In this document: positions 28,787 through 38,140 of the stretch, piece by piece
Layout of the letters: each line of letters begins with the position of its first letter
Position numbering within the stretch: the first letter of the stretch is position 1
Assembly: GCA_021208605.1 (NCBI GenBank)
Contig: JAJOJK010000003.1
Coordinates: 9,481 to 73,480, forward strand
Length of the DNA: 64,000 nucleotides
Direction: 5' to 3'
DNA from: Candidatus Woesebacteria bacterium
GTDB lineage: Bacteria; Patescibacteriota; Microgenomatia; UBA1400; UBA1396
Notes under the pieces: model-generated
Told to the model about the DNA's origin: nothing
Database searches by the model: none
What the model saw: only the letters and a program-made list of their open reading frames with translations
Program-made: the position numbers and the translations under genes

Positions 28787-28853
28787 GAAAAATCTCCTTA
28801 TTTGTCTTCACTATAACGAAAAATGCAAAAAAACGAAACTCTTCTCCTCAGAA

Positions 28854-29384
28854 TTACTGCGGATTTTCGTCATACTCCGGCCGCACTGTCCGGATAATCC
28901 GCGCCATGGCCTGCAGTAAGACGGAAATTTGGGCAATGAGGAAACCAACAATCACGGTTTCCAGCCCTACAAAGCTCCAGTAAATGCGCGGGAAATAGTT
29001 GCGCGGAAGCTCTTGGCTTTCCACGATTGGGAACGAAGTAAATAACAGCGCACACACAGCCAGCACAAGCGCCACCGAAGACAACAACGCAATGCCCTGC
29101 ATCTGCAAATAAAACTCCCTATCGAGCTTTTTTTCGGTGGTGTACCCAATACTGAGCAAGTTTAATAACAGCGCCAAAACCGTCGCCGTTCCACCAATCA
29201 CGGCACTATTGAGATAGCGCGACGCGGTAAGCGTTGTCTCGAGAACCACCGGATCCTGCGCTACTGTGCGAAACTCCTGGAGCAACAAGTGAATTCCGGT
29301 GGTCAACGCCACCGAAAAAAACAGTCCAAAAACAACGCTGAACTTTATTTGGTTGAGAACGCGGGGGGAAAAGAAAGTGGGCAT
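28854..29384 (-). CDS. hypothetical membrane protein (4 TM)
   Basis: Hydrophobic segments throughout. 176 aa. Confidence 0.45.
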   Translation of the reverse strand: MPTFFSPRVLNQIKFSVVFGLFFSVALTTGIHLLLQEFRTVAQDPVVLETTLTASRYLNSAVIGGTATVLALLLNLLSIGYTTEKKLDREFYLQMQGIALLSSVALVLAVCALLFTSFPIVESQELPRNYFPRIYWSFVGLETVIVGFLIAQISVLLQAMARIIRTVRPEYDENPQ

Positions 29385-29421
29385 GGTTGCATTGTACGGG
29401 GATTACTTACTCGCTTCATCC

Positions 29422-30186
29422 TCAAAACCCAGCAAAATACTCCAAAATCTCCTCATGCAACACGCCATTCGATGCCAAAATATGCGTCGAATCGAGGCTG
29501 AGGGGATTACCCTGCAGATCAGTCACTTTGCCACCGGCCTCAGTGATAATGGTAATGAACGGCGCCACGTCGTAAATAAAGGTGTCAACTTCAATCATTG
29601 CCTCGGCATGACCAGCGGCCACCCAGCTATATCCCGGATAAGCACCCACGTTTCGCGTGCCCTGCACGTCTTCGGCCAAAGCCGCCATCATAGAAAAAGA
29701 GTTTGTACGCTGGAGGTATTTGTATGCCGGACCAACCACAAAAGAAGTGCGGAGATCGCTGCGCGAGGAAACCTGTATTCTTTCGCCATTGCGCCAAGCG
29801 CCGGCTCCTTTTTCGGCATAAATCAGTTCACCAACTCTCGGGCTCATGGAAACACCGACAATAAATTCTTCGCCTCTTTTCAGCGCCACCAGAGTCGAGA
29901 AAAATGGCAGACCACGCGTAAACTCGCGCGTGCCGTCAATGGGATCGACAATCCAGACATACTCGGCTTCGAGAGCTTCGCGAGCCGTTTCTTCGCCATA
30001 AAACCCGTGATCCGGAAAGTGTTCATGAATGATGCTCTTCGCCTCTTCCTCAATCTGCCGATCCAGTTCGGTAACCACCGAGTTATTCGGCTTCACCTCG
30101 AGAGACTTAAATTGCTGCTGACTAGCCAGCAGAATTGTTTTGGCTCTTTGGGCAACTTCGAGGGCGACGGTGAGGTAGTGGGACAT
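29422..30186 (-). CDS. suhB: inositol monophosphatase family protein
   Basis: WIVDPIDGTREF IMPase motif. Confidence 0.8.
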   Translation of the reverse strand: MSHYLTVALEVAQRAKTILLASQQQFKSLEVKPNNSVVTELDRQIEEEAKSIIHEHFPDHGFYGEETAREALEAEYVWIVDPIDGTREFTRGLPFFSTLVALKRGEEFIVGVSMSPRVGELIYAEKGAGAWRNGERIQVSSRSDLRTSFVVGPAYKYLQRTNSFSMMAALAEDVQGTRNVGAYPGYSWVAAGHAEAMIEVDTFIYDVAPFITIITEAGGKVTDLQGNPLSLDSTHILASNGVLHEEILEYFAGF

Positions 30187-30255
30187 TAAGGACGAGTATA
30201 GAACAAACGCAAAAAAATGTCAGTTTTCTTTATGGTAAAAAAAGCAGATGGTTGC

Positions 30256-30420
30256 AAAAATATTGCAGGCCCACTAGGATTTCACGACTCCGTTCGCTCC
30301 CGCGAACTCCGCATGCACTAGGGTTGTTTCGCATTTCTTCTATTTCGGTATGCTCACCCCGTCGGAACCTTGTAGCTCCCAACCTCTGCGCACCAGCCAA
30401 TAAAAAAACCGCCGATGGCG
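30256..30420 (-). mobile_element. tRNA-linked ~145-bp element, copy 2
   Basis: Exact 18-bp duplication of the tRNA-Trp 3' end (gcaggcccactaggattt at 30255-30272, identical to 30423-30440). Same conserved core (30273-30356) and a terminator hairpin (A7-ccgccgatggcgg-T6) at 30392-30419. Confidence 0.6.
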
Positions 30421-30494
30421 GATTTTTTACTGGCAGGCCCACTAGGATTTGAACCTAGACGAAGGGTTTTGGAGACCCTCATGCTACCGTTACA
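30421..30494 (-). tRNA. tRNA-Trp (anticodon CCA), 3' CCA encoded
   Basis: AGGCTCA/TGGGCCT acceptor (one G-U), anticodon arm AGGGT-CTCCAAA-ACCCT, T arm CTAGG-TTCAAAT-CCTAG, discriminator G then CCA. Confidence 0.8.
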
Positions 30495-30712
30495 TCATGA
30501 GCCTTTGGCTTCGCAGGAGTGTGGCAGCAGTCACAGTACTGCAATCATTTGGCCGGGCACTCGACGCGGAAGTCGTGATCCGTATTGTAACACGCAAGTG
30601 AGAGTTTCAGACAAAACACGGGTGTTCTCTTGACCGCAACACAAAGAGTTTGTTTCAGGACAAACAAAAATGTTTTTAGTGTTTCACTTAATTTGCTTGG
30701 TATACTTAAAAA

Positions 30713-31540
30713 ATGCGGTTTTGGAAATCACGGGAAACCAATCCAGAAAAACAGAGAGATATTCTGGCTGAAGAACTCGTACAGATACTTGCACCTGATC
30801 CCGATATTTTGAATCCCAATCTGCCGCGAGTACGCCTCGGTCGATTTTGTCAGCAGCACGAATATCGGAAATTTGCTTACGATGAGATACATTCAAAAGT
30901 TCTTCCTGATCTCAAAAAGATTGTTTTAGAAAATGAACAAGCAATTATCTCTGTCTTTGCAGCAATTATGAAGAATGAGCAAAAAACAGGAATGCGCCTA
31001 CGCAGCCTAAAAGACAACAATCTCCCTTCAAAACGCTATCTACAAGCCTGGGCCTATTTTTTCAATGCCTACTATTTTCCAGAAAAAAACGCACAGAGTG
31101 CCGAACCTATCCTAAAGGCTCGAGAACAGTATGCAGAACTGTTCACAGTAACAGACCAACTCATGGATATTCTCAGTCAAACAATGACAGAACTTCTCTA
31201 CACACAACCTTCATTCCATAATTTTCCCCAAAAAAGAAGAGATCTGAACCGCACCTGGAAAGAAAAAATTTTGCCCTTGCTCAAAGAGGCTTCAAAAGTA
31301 ACACCAGAAACGGGTCAGGCCTCTTTTGAAAGCAGTCTGATAAAGGTGGTGGTAAGTAATGAACTTGCCGGATTTCCAATCGGTCACGAAGCTCGATTGA
31401 TGACTTTTGTTTACCTGGCCTATGAGATCAAGGGGATCAACAAATTATCCACAATCCCAGAAGACGTGCAAGAATTTCTTGCTTTTCTGAAGGCCCAATA
31501 TCAGATTGATAACAACAGAATCCAGAAAAAAACTTCTTAA
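30713..31540 (+). CDS. hypothetical cytoplasmic protein (275 aa)
   Basis: Open frame with no motif. Confidence 0.45.
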   Translation: MRFWKSRETNPEKQRDILAEELVQILAPDPDILNPNLPRVRLGRFCQQHEYRKFAYDEIHSKVLPDLKKIVLENEQAIISVFAAIMKNEQKTGMRLRSLKDNNLPSKRYLQAWAYFFNAYYFPEKNAQSAEPILKAREQYAELFTVTDQLMDILSQTMTELLYTQPSFHNFPQKRRDLNRTWKEKILPLLKEASKVTPETGQASFESSLIKVVVSNELAGFPIGHEARLMTFVYLAYEIKGINKLSTIPEDVQEFLAFLKAQYQIDNNRIQKKTS

Positions 31541-33147
31541 AAACGCAAACGTGTCCACTGCACCATATCGCGCGCCTGCTCATAGTTCACCACCCAGCCG
31601 GTTTGGCGAATGCTCTTGTAGAGTCCCTGGCGGAAAAAGTCGCCTTGATCGTTGTAAACTTCAGGATATCCGCGGTAGCGCTTGATGTTGTAGGTGTAGG
31701 CCTCAATCTGGTCTTGGGCTTGCTGGATGTAGATTTCATCGCCGGTCACTTGCGCCAAGTGGGCTAAGAGCTTGGTGTACTCCATTCCCCAGTGACTCCA
31801 GATGGCGGTCGAGGCATAGGTCGGCGCGATCAGTCGAACCGGCAAATAGAGCTGCCACGAGCGCAAATCAGGGTGGTACTGCAGGCCAAACGGTTGGTCG
31901 ATGGCGTTTCTTTGGATATAGGCTACCGAGCGCTCCAGGTAAGGCAAATCTTCTGGATTTTCTGGATCAAGAAAGCCTGTCTGATACGCAATCATCCAGT
32001 CAGATGAGTAATATTTGTTTTCAAGTGATTCATCACTCAAATCCTCTCGGAAAAAGCCGTCTTCGGGCAACCAATAGGCGTCGAGAATGCGTTGCTTGTA
32101 GTTGTCTAAAAAGGCGGGATCTTGCTCTATGACTTCGAGCTGTTGGAGCAGTTGAGCAGTCCGCCAAAAGACGATGTTGTCGTAGAGCGCACTTTCGCGG
32201 TGCACAATGTCTTTCGTGCCGGACAGGCGGATGTCCTTGCGAATAAAGCCTGTCTGCTCATCGTAGGCGTAGTCATAGTAGGTCTGCCAGTGACGGCGAA
32301 GGCTGTCGGCGTAGGTGGCTTCGAGCTGCGCGGCGGCGGTGGCGGTTTCGAGCATGACCAGCTCTTTCGCAGGGTCTATCCTTCCGTTATAAGGATACAA
32401 GTCAACTAACGTTTCTTCATCCTGCATCACCTGTAAAGCAAAAACCAGGCTGTACAAGGTATCGGACGGCAAATCGTAAATGTTCAGCAGAGCAACCGAG
32501 CGCGGACCAACCGGCACAATTGTGGTCGAGAGGCGATCTGATTTGCTGTACACCTGCAGCGCATAGGCCGTAGTTTTCAGGTAAATATGCTGGCGATTTT
32601 TCCAGTCGAGATCATCCAGCGCGGTGCGCCGATCCAACAAAGAATGGTAGAAAATTCCCAAAGAACGTGGATATAAAACACTGAAATGATCGCCTGAAAT
32701 CAAAAATGGTTCAGCGGGATCAAACCGATCAGCATGAATTTCCCGGATGATTTCATCAACTTTACGCTCTTGCGCTTTCTGCCCGCCCGTAAACTTGCTG
32801 GAAACAATGTGCCACCCCGCCTTCACCTTGGCTAGCTGACTAAAAAACGGACTCTCGCGCACAAATAAGTTGTCATTTTCCTCGAGTGTAAACATACCAT
32901 TTTCGTAGACCACCTCTTGGTACGGATCAACCACAATTGAAAACCGTACAAACGGATTCGTGATGTAGGAAAATATGGCGACTACTAGCGTGGCGGCGAT
33001 CAACGACCGCTGCAGCCATTTTCGGCGACGGTTTTTCGGTGACCACACAGCCTGACTGAGCTGACGAACTCGCCGCCGAGCCTTCTTGCCGAAAGTGCTC
33101 GGCGTCCACGGCACGTTGAACACTTTGTTTTTGAGTTTTTTTTTCAT
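31537..33147 (-). CDS. membrane-anchored protein with large extracytoplasmic domain (possibly a six-hairpin glycosidase-like fold)
   Basis: N-terminal TM LIAATLVVAIFSYI. 536 aa. The start codon is immediately preceded by the type C repeat. Confidence 0.4.
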   Translation of the reverse strand: MKKKLKNKVFNVPWTPSTFGKKARRRVRQLSQAVWSPKNRRRKWLQRSLIAATLVVAIFSYITNPFVRFSIVVDPYQEVVYENGMFTLEENDNLFVRESPFFSQLAKVKAGWHIVSSKFTGGQKAQERKVDEIIREIHADRFDPAEPFLISGDHFSVLYPRSLGIFYHSLLDRRTALDDLDWKNRQHIYLKTTAYALQVYSKSDRLSTTIVPVGPRSVALLNIYDLPSDTLYSLVFALQVMQDEETLVDLYPYNGRIDPAKELVMLETATAAAQLEATYADSLRRHWQTYYDYAYDEQTGFIRKDIRLSGTKDIVHRESALYDNIVFWRTAQLLQQLEVIEQDPAFLDNYKQRILDAYWLPEDGFFREDLSDESLENKYYSSDWMIAYQTGFLDPENPEDLPYLERSVAYIQRNAIDQPFGLQYHPDLRSWQLYLPVRLIAPTYASTAIWSHWGMEYTKLLAHLAQVTGDEIYIQQAQDQIEAYTYNIKRYRGYPEVYNDQGDFFRQGLYKSIRQTGWVVNYEQARDMVQWTRLRF

Positions 33148-33150
33148 TGC

Positions 33151-33182
33151 TTACGTCCTTATAACAGAGGGTCTGACCCTAT
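33151..33182 (-). repeat. hairpin repeat type C (AGGGTCAGACCCT + CTGTTATAAGGACGTAAGCA) directly 5' of start codon
   Basis: The sense strand reads AGGGTCAGACCCTCTGTTATAAGGACGTAAGCA-ATG. Confidence 0.55.
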
Positions 33183-33195
33183 ATATATGTCTATG

Positions 33196-33606
33196 CTATT
33201 CGCTCTTCATATTGTGACGCAATACGAATCGCAACACAATGTATACCGACAGAGCTACTAGGAAAAAGTCAATCAGATTGGTAATAAATAATCCGTAGTT
33301 CAGCGTGGCAGCGCCCGCCGCTTGCGCATCGGCCAAAGTAGAGTACTGCCCGCCTGACAAGTTAAGGTAAAGCTCTGTAAAATCAGCATTGCCGAGCAGC
33401 AAGCCGATCGGAGGCATCACGATATCTTCTACCAGAGACGTCGTCAGCTGCTTAAATGCTGTTCCAATTACCACACCGACCGTCAGATCGATAACGTTGC
33501 CTTGCAGAGCAAACTCACGAAAATCCTGCCAAAAGGTGCGGACGTGACCGGAAACTTCTTGAGACATTGCCTCAGCAGACTTAGGAGAGAGAGTTTGCTT
33601 TGCCAT
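33196..33606 (-). CDS. mscL: large-conductance mechanosensitive channel
   Basis: GNVIDLTVGVVIGTAFKQL...IVMPPIGLLLG matches MscL signatures. The start was set at the internal MAKQTLSP. Confidence 0.85.
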   Translation of the reverse strand: MAKQTLSPKSAEAMSQEVSGHVRTFWQDFREFALQGNVIDLTVGVVIGTAFKQLTTSLVEDIVMPPIGLLLGNADFTELYLNLSGGQYSTLADAQAAGAATLNYGLFITNLIDFFLVALSVYIVLRFVLRHNMKSE

Positions 33607-33710
33607 GACGGTAGTATACCTGACGGAGAAAAAAGAGCGCAAACAATCAATATGCTCGACCCCTAGACCTCGTCGCAAACCTCAGTTTTAAACCACATTC
33701 ACTCAAGCAA

Positions 33711-33740
33711 AAAAAGATCCCGAATGGGATCTTATTTTGA
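33711..33740. terminator. bidirectional intrinsic terminator (A7-GATCCCGAATGGGATC-TTATTTT)
   Basis: Perfect 6-bp GC-rich stem with A/T runs on both sides. Lies 3' of tRNA-Tyr. Confidence 0.6.
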
Positions 33741-33746
33741 AGAAAG

Positions 33747-33829
33747 TGCCGGGTGAAGGATTCGAACCTACGAAGGCGTACGCCAGCAGATTTACAGTCT
33801 GCCCCCGTTGACCGCTTGGGTAACCCGGC
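33747..33829 (-). tRNA. tRNA-Tyr (anticodon GUA), long variable arm
   Basis: GCCGGGT/ACCCGGC acceptor, anticodon arm GCAGA-CTGTAAA-TCTGC, variable arm GGCG-TAC-GCC, T loop TTCGAAT. 83 nt with one T-T mismatch in the T stem. Confidence 0.7.
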
Positions 33830-33880
33830 GAGAAGTACGTGATATTGTAACATGGATTTTTGGTGGCGGGTGACGGAGCA

Positions 33881-33902
33881 AGGGACCGACCCTTAGGCCT
33901 AG
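33881..33902. repeat. REP type A (AGGGACCGACCCT-TAGGCCTAG)
   Basis: Canonical copy. Confidence 0.65.
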
Positions 33903-33916
33903 AACAAAAAAACCGC

Positions 33917-33934
33917 GGCCTAGGGGTGTCTCCC
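33917..33934. repeat. REP type B (GGCCTA-GGGGTGTCTCCC)
   Basis: Perfect 18-nt inverted repeat with 35299-35316. The pair brackets the glycosyltransferase gene. Confidence 0.65.
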
Positions 33935-35268
33935 TACTTCATCGTACGCACAATTTCCCGCGCCCCGCGATAAAACTCCGGCGGCATCAAGCGAGCCTTT
34001 TCCAAAGCCGACTCCAGCCACGGCTTTTCCAGCGAGCGATCCATAATGTGCTCGAGTTGTTCCTCGACTTTGCCGTCACCAGAATCCACAACCCGCGCCA
34101 CACCGCTCTGCGTGAACATCGCCTGGATATTCACCTCCCACTCGCCCCACGGCTTCAACAAAAGTACCGCACAACCGGCACCCACGGCGTCATACGCCAT
34201 GTCGCCAGATGGCTTGGTAAAGACCACATCCGCCCATGGAAAACCATACGCTAACAGCAAGTTATTCGCATCCACAATATCCTCGGAAGAAATCACGCGC
34301 AGAGCGGCATTTTTGTCGCTCACGTCTTCAGAAATACTCACGCCGTGGAACTTTTCCACAACCTTTTCCACCATGGCAACATGATCCAAATTTGTGCCAG
34401 CATAATATATAAGCTGCACTTTGTTGTGCTGTCGCCGTCGCGTCAGGGGCACCAACTGTTTCAAGATAGACTCCAGCTCTCGCTTGTTTGTACCGAGTCC
34501 ACCCGTGGTCAACAAAATTCGCAGCGGCCGGCGACGCCAGGAGTCGGTTCGTTTGTGCTTGGCGGCGGCCAAAACACGTGGGTCAATGGGTGGACCGGTA
34601 ACAATAACGCGTTCGGGGTCGACTTTTTTGCCATGGGCCGAAGCGACCTCAAAAAATTCATAGCGCGTTTGTTCGTCAAAAACACAAAAGGTGATGTTGG
34701 AAAGGTGGGCATTCTGAACGTAATCCGGACGCACATGCGGATCGGTGACCACCTGCACAACAGTCTTGCCCGCTTGCGCCAAAATATTACCGGTCACAAT
34801 GTGAAAGGACAAAACTGGCTGACGGACATTTTCAAACAAATGCAAAAGTGGTGGCGTGATTTCGTCTGCTAAGGGGAATTTCTGCCGACCAATCGTATCA
34901 AGCACATTTTTCTTCACCCACTCGAGAAGTGAGTGCCGCGCCATCAACCGGCCAAGTGTTTCACTCATGGCGACGCGCTTCCAGTCACTATGCTGGACAT
35001 AGTTGGTGGGATCGACCATCCAGGCTTTCTCCGGCTGCGGCGAGTCCCCATCCCAGGCGACAATGCCTGCGGCCAAGGCCATCGAATAGTGCGCTCGCGA
35101 AAACACCACCTCCTGGTGGTCAAATTCGTCGTCCAAACGATACTGGTCTTCTAAGAGATCTCTGTATGAGGCAGAAATGGTCACTATGGGAAGTTTGGTC
35201 TTCTCGAGCAGCATTCGGTCGGCTGCTAGAAGCTTTTGCGAAACTTCGTCGACGAGGGAGTTGGGCAT
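33934..35268 (-). CDS. glycosyltransferase, GT28/MGDG-synthase-like
   Basis: 444 aa. ..RILLTTGGLGTNK.. is a C-terminal-domain Gly-rich loop. GT-B-like organisation. Confidence 0.5.
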   Translation of the reverse strand: MPNSLVDEVSQKLLAADRMLLEKTKLPIVTISASYRDLLEDQYRLDDEFDHQEVVFSRAHYSMALAAGIVAWDGDSPQPEKAWMVDPTNYVQHSDWKRVAMSETLGRLMARHSLLEWVKKNVLDTIGRQKFPLADEITPPLLHLFENVRQPVLSFHIVTGNILAQAGKTVVQVVTDPHVRPDYVQNAHLSNITFCVFDEQTRYEFFEVASAHGKKVDPERVIVTGPPIDPRVLAAAKHKRTDSWRRRPLRILLTTGGLGTNKRELESILKQLVPLTRRRQHNKVQLIYYAGTNLDHVAMVEKVVEKFHGVSISEDVSDKNAALRVISSEDIVDANNLLLAYGFPWADVVFTKPSGDMAYDAVGAGCAVLLLKPWGEWEVNIQAMFTQSGVARVVDSGDGKVEEQLEHIMDRSLEKPWLESALEKARLMPPEFYRGAREIVRTMK

Positions 35269-35298
35269 AAAGTCATTGTACTACAATCGAGAACAATC

Positions 35299-35319
35299 GG
35301 GAGACACCCCTAGGCCTAT
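35299..35319. repeat. REP type B (GGGAGACACCCC-TAGGCCTAT)
   Basis: Inverted partner of 33917-33934. Confidence 0.65.
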
Positions 35320-35335
35320 AAAAAACAAAAGCCCC

Positions 35336-37549
35336 CTACGGCGCCACCTCGCGCCAAATATACCGCGGCACCTTCATTTCCTCGGGAGTATTCAGCAAGA
35401 AATCAGCGCGGTATTTAAATAACTCGGTTGGAGTTAGGTTGTTCTCCACTTTGCGGCCGGCGTAGTCATCGTAGTCGCGTTCCATGACGATGCCGCTCCA
35501 GCCCACAAACGTGCCTTCGCCGACAAATTTGCCGTCGCCGCCGTTTTCGGGGCCGCGACTTGGCAGAAGAATTTGTCCGTTGGCAATAAAGACACCCTCC
35601 ACCAGGCCGTCGGTAGCCGTCAAATCAGCATGCTCGACTGCTGGATCAATCGTAATGTCGCCGCTGGCAATAATCGCCGTAAAGCCGCCAACCGCAGTTT
35701 GGATTTCGCCCGCAATCGTGACGTTGCCGTCCACAAAAACCACAATCTCTTCACCGCTGGCCACGGACCAGTCGTCCTCAATGCGTAAATCGCCAGAATG
35801 GTAGTAGGCGTTGATGTCGTCATTTTGCGGAGTCAGCGTTGGCTTTTGGGCGTCGTTGGCGCTGGTAGTGAAGTCGTCTTCTGGCGTTTCGGGGAATTTG
35901 TACAAGCGCAGGAAGTACTCGTAGCGCTCCTGGACGACTTTGCGATCCACGGTGCCGACGATATTGCGACCATCTTGGTCAACCGACGCCGTCTGATTCC
36001 CCGCCTCCTGGCGCAGATCAACCACGCCGCCACCGGTCATCAAGTATCCAGAAGTATTTTCGGTATCAGCCGCTTGCGTAATCAGGTATGGCTGACAACC
36101 GGCGTCAGTCGTACAAGAATCAGGGATGTAGTTTCGGATCGCGGTACCCGTCTCCTGCAGCGCCGTCACCGGCCCTCCCGCAGCCTGGAACCACGGATCC
36201 CGCGCCTCGATCAAGAAGAAATTCACACCCGCCTGCGGCGAACTAATCCCGCTGTACACACAGCCGGCCGGACAGGTACAGGTGTACAGGTGCGAGTCAC
36301 CAATGTTGAGCTGAAGCAAGTTATTTCCTGGATCCCAGTAAGGCGCTGAAGCTTGGTAGGTGCCATCTGCGGCTACACTTCCGGCGGCGTACTCTTCGCC
36401 ATTTTGCTCGATCCCCACTGCCGAAGCACCCGCCTGGAGCGGAGGCAAAGAATCGCCAGTAGTACACACCCCACCCGTGAGCGAGGCGGTGTTGTTGCTA
36501 TCAAGATACACCGTGCCAGTCACCGGCGCGTGCACAGTGAAGGTGATATAGGAAGTCCAGGAAGAATAATCGGTGCCACAATCGATATTGAGCGCCCGGA
36601 CTCGGAACTGATAATTCAATGCCGTCGGCGTGAAATCCAAACGAGAAATATTTACCGTGCCACAACGAGCATCCGGATCACTACACGAAACAACACCTTG
36701 TGGGAAAAGTTCATATTGCCAACGGTCAGCTTTATCGGTATTCGTCCAGTTGATTCGTACCTGACCAGTACTCGTATTCATCAAAGCAATACCACCATCG
36801 GTCGGCGTATTGATTGTTGGGCGAGGCGGCGCACCGTTATCAGCACTACTACACGTTCCGCCACAGCCATTACTGCCACCGCATTCCGGGCCACTCGGAC
36901 AACTCGGATTACAAACAATATCACCACAACAGATCTCTCCCGCCCCACAGGATCCCGAACCAGACGGCCGACCCACAACACCACAGTTATCTATGCCAGA
37001 GAAACAAGCCGGACAGCTACCGCCGCCTCCGCCGCCACCACCGCCGCCTCCGCACTCTTGACTAATCCAAGCCGAACACGTCTGCGTATTAGATCGACAC
37101 CCACCAATACAATCCCCACAAAAAATCTGCCCCGAGGGACAACGGTCGTCGGTGGTGTCTACGGAGCAGCTGTTAGCCGCAATACAGTCGTGAGTTCCAC
37201 AAGTCCCACTTTGATTTGAACAGGTAAGCCCGATGCTGTTGCAATCACAGGAGAAGGTGTTGGCGCAGGTGGTTGTTAAATCACAAGTTGCCAGAGGGTC
37301 TAGACAGTCTTCATCTCGAGAACAACTCTCTCCTGCTTTTGGACCACTATTACATTCTCTTCGTGTTGTTAAATTTCCAACAGTAGCCGAACCTGAACAA
37401 TCTTGTGCATATACAGGTGTAACTAATAAAGATACAAATCTATCAAAAAAAGATTTTTTTTCTCCATATCGTAAAAAATAATCTTGTTTCTTTTCTAAAA
37501 GAATCAGCTGCTTTGATAAATTGCTGATACTCACTGCTAGCAACCACAA
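35336..37549 (-). CDS. large Cys-rich secreted protein with Gly11 tract, FN3-like region and C-terminal beta-helix-like region
   Basis: N-terminal Cys-rich module (about 45 Cys), GGGGGGGGGGG encoded by GGN codons (~37030-37065), FN3-like segment, C-terminal repetitive beta-strand region. The start is uncertain: an ATG at ~37470 would give a signal-like MEKKKSFFDRFVSLLVTPVYA if an A8 tract were A9. Confidence 0.55.
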   Translation of the reverse strand: MWLLAVSISNLSKQLILLEKKQDYFLRYGEKKSFFDRFVSLLVTPVYAQDCSGSATVGNLTTRRECNSGPKAGESCSRDEDCLDPLATCDLTTTCANTFSCDCNSIGLTCSNQSGTCGTHDCIAANSCSVDTTDDRCPSGQIFCGDCIGGCRSNTQTCSAWISQECGGGGGGGGGGGSCPACFSGIDNCGVVGRPSGSGSCGAGEICCGDIVCNPSCPSGPECGGSNGCGGTCSSADNGAPPRPTINTPTDGGIALMNTSTGQVRINWTNTDKADRWQYELFPQGVVSCSDPDARCGTVNISRLDFTPTALNYQFRVRALNIDCGTDYSSWTSYITFTVHAPVTGTVYLDSNNTASLTGGVCTTGDSLPPLQAGASAVGIEQNGEEYAAGSVAADGTYQASAPYWDPGNNLLQLNIGDSHLYTCTCPAGCVYSGISSPQAGVNFFLIEARDPWFQAAGGPVTALQETGTAIRNYIPDSCTTDAGCQPYLITQAADTENTSGYLMTGGGVVDLRQEAGNQTASVDQDGRNIVGTVDRKVVQERYEYFLRLYKFPETPEDDFTTSANDAQKPTLTPQNDDINAYYHSGDLRIEDDWSVASGEEIVVFVDGNVTIAGEIQTAVGGFTAIIASGDITIDPAVEHADLTATDGLVEGVFIANGQILLPSRGPENGGDGKFVGEGTFVGWSGIVMERDYDDYAGRKVENNLTPTELFKYRADFLLNTPEEMKVPRYIWREVAP

Positions 37550-37721
37550 TTGGTTTATGCTCTAGATAATACAAATTTTGTAGTAAAAGAGTTGAAATTA
37601 AAGAATTTTTTTCTTGTTCTGGTAAATTTTGAACATAACCATTGTTTACATACCATTTCACAAAAAGTATCTGGTCATTATTTTCCGAACTTAAAGAACT
37701 AACTTCAACTGCATCTATTCC

Positions 37722-38030
37722 TTACAAAATTTTATTATTCTCTTGTGGATCTGATACTAGCTCAAAAACTACTTTAGAAATCGCTACCTCATTAGCCTCA
37801 GCGGAAGAACTCTCTCTATAAGTCAGTATTCCGTTCGAAAAAATGTTAAACGAATACAAATTTGAATGAAAAATTGACTTATCAATTGTAATATCATAAT
37901 TGGTGTCACTTATAAATTGAATGTTTGGTGCATTTTTGTATTTTTGTAAAAACAACCAACCAATGCTCACAACAGCTATACTAGCAATTAATAAAACAAA
38001 AAAAATACGTCTGAAAGAAATAACCTGCAC
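37722..38030 (-). CDS. hypothetical small membrane protein in AT-rich island
   Basis: N-terminal TM FFVLLIASIAVVSIGWLFL. Lies in a ~700-bp segment of ~28% GC. Confidence 0.35.
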   Translation of the reverse strand: MQVISFRRIFFVLLIASIAVVSIGWLFLQKYKNAPNIQFISDTNYDITIDKSIFHSNLYSFNIFSNGILTYRESSSAEANEVAISKVVFELVSDPQENNKIL

Positions 38031-38140
38031 TTAAGTAGCATACTAAATGACTCCTACACATACAATAAGAAAGGAGATAGTTTTGTACTTCCATATACCA
38101 AAATAATCACTTGTTTACATTGAAAAATAAACAGAACTGA

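Noticed and set aside
37030-37065. Gly11 tract as a slippage-prone homopolymer
   Set aside because: It is encoded by mixed GGN codons on the minus strand, not by a mononucleotide run, so it is not comparable to the poly-A/T frameshift sites.
35484-37219. Several plus-strand ORFs of 60-290 aa (for example 35798..36349 and 36353..37219)
   Set aside because: They lie antisense inside the 737-aa Cys-rich secreted-protein gene, whose codons are GC-rich and repetitive. They have Arg/Thr-rich low-complexity translations typical of antisense artefacts.
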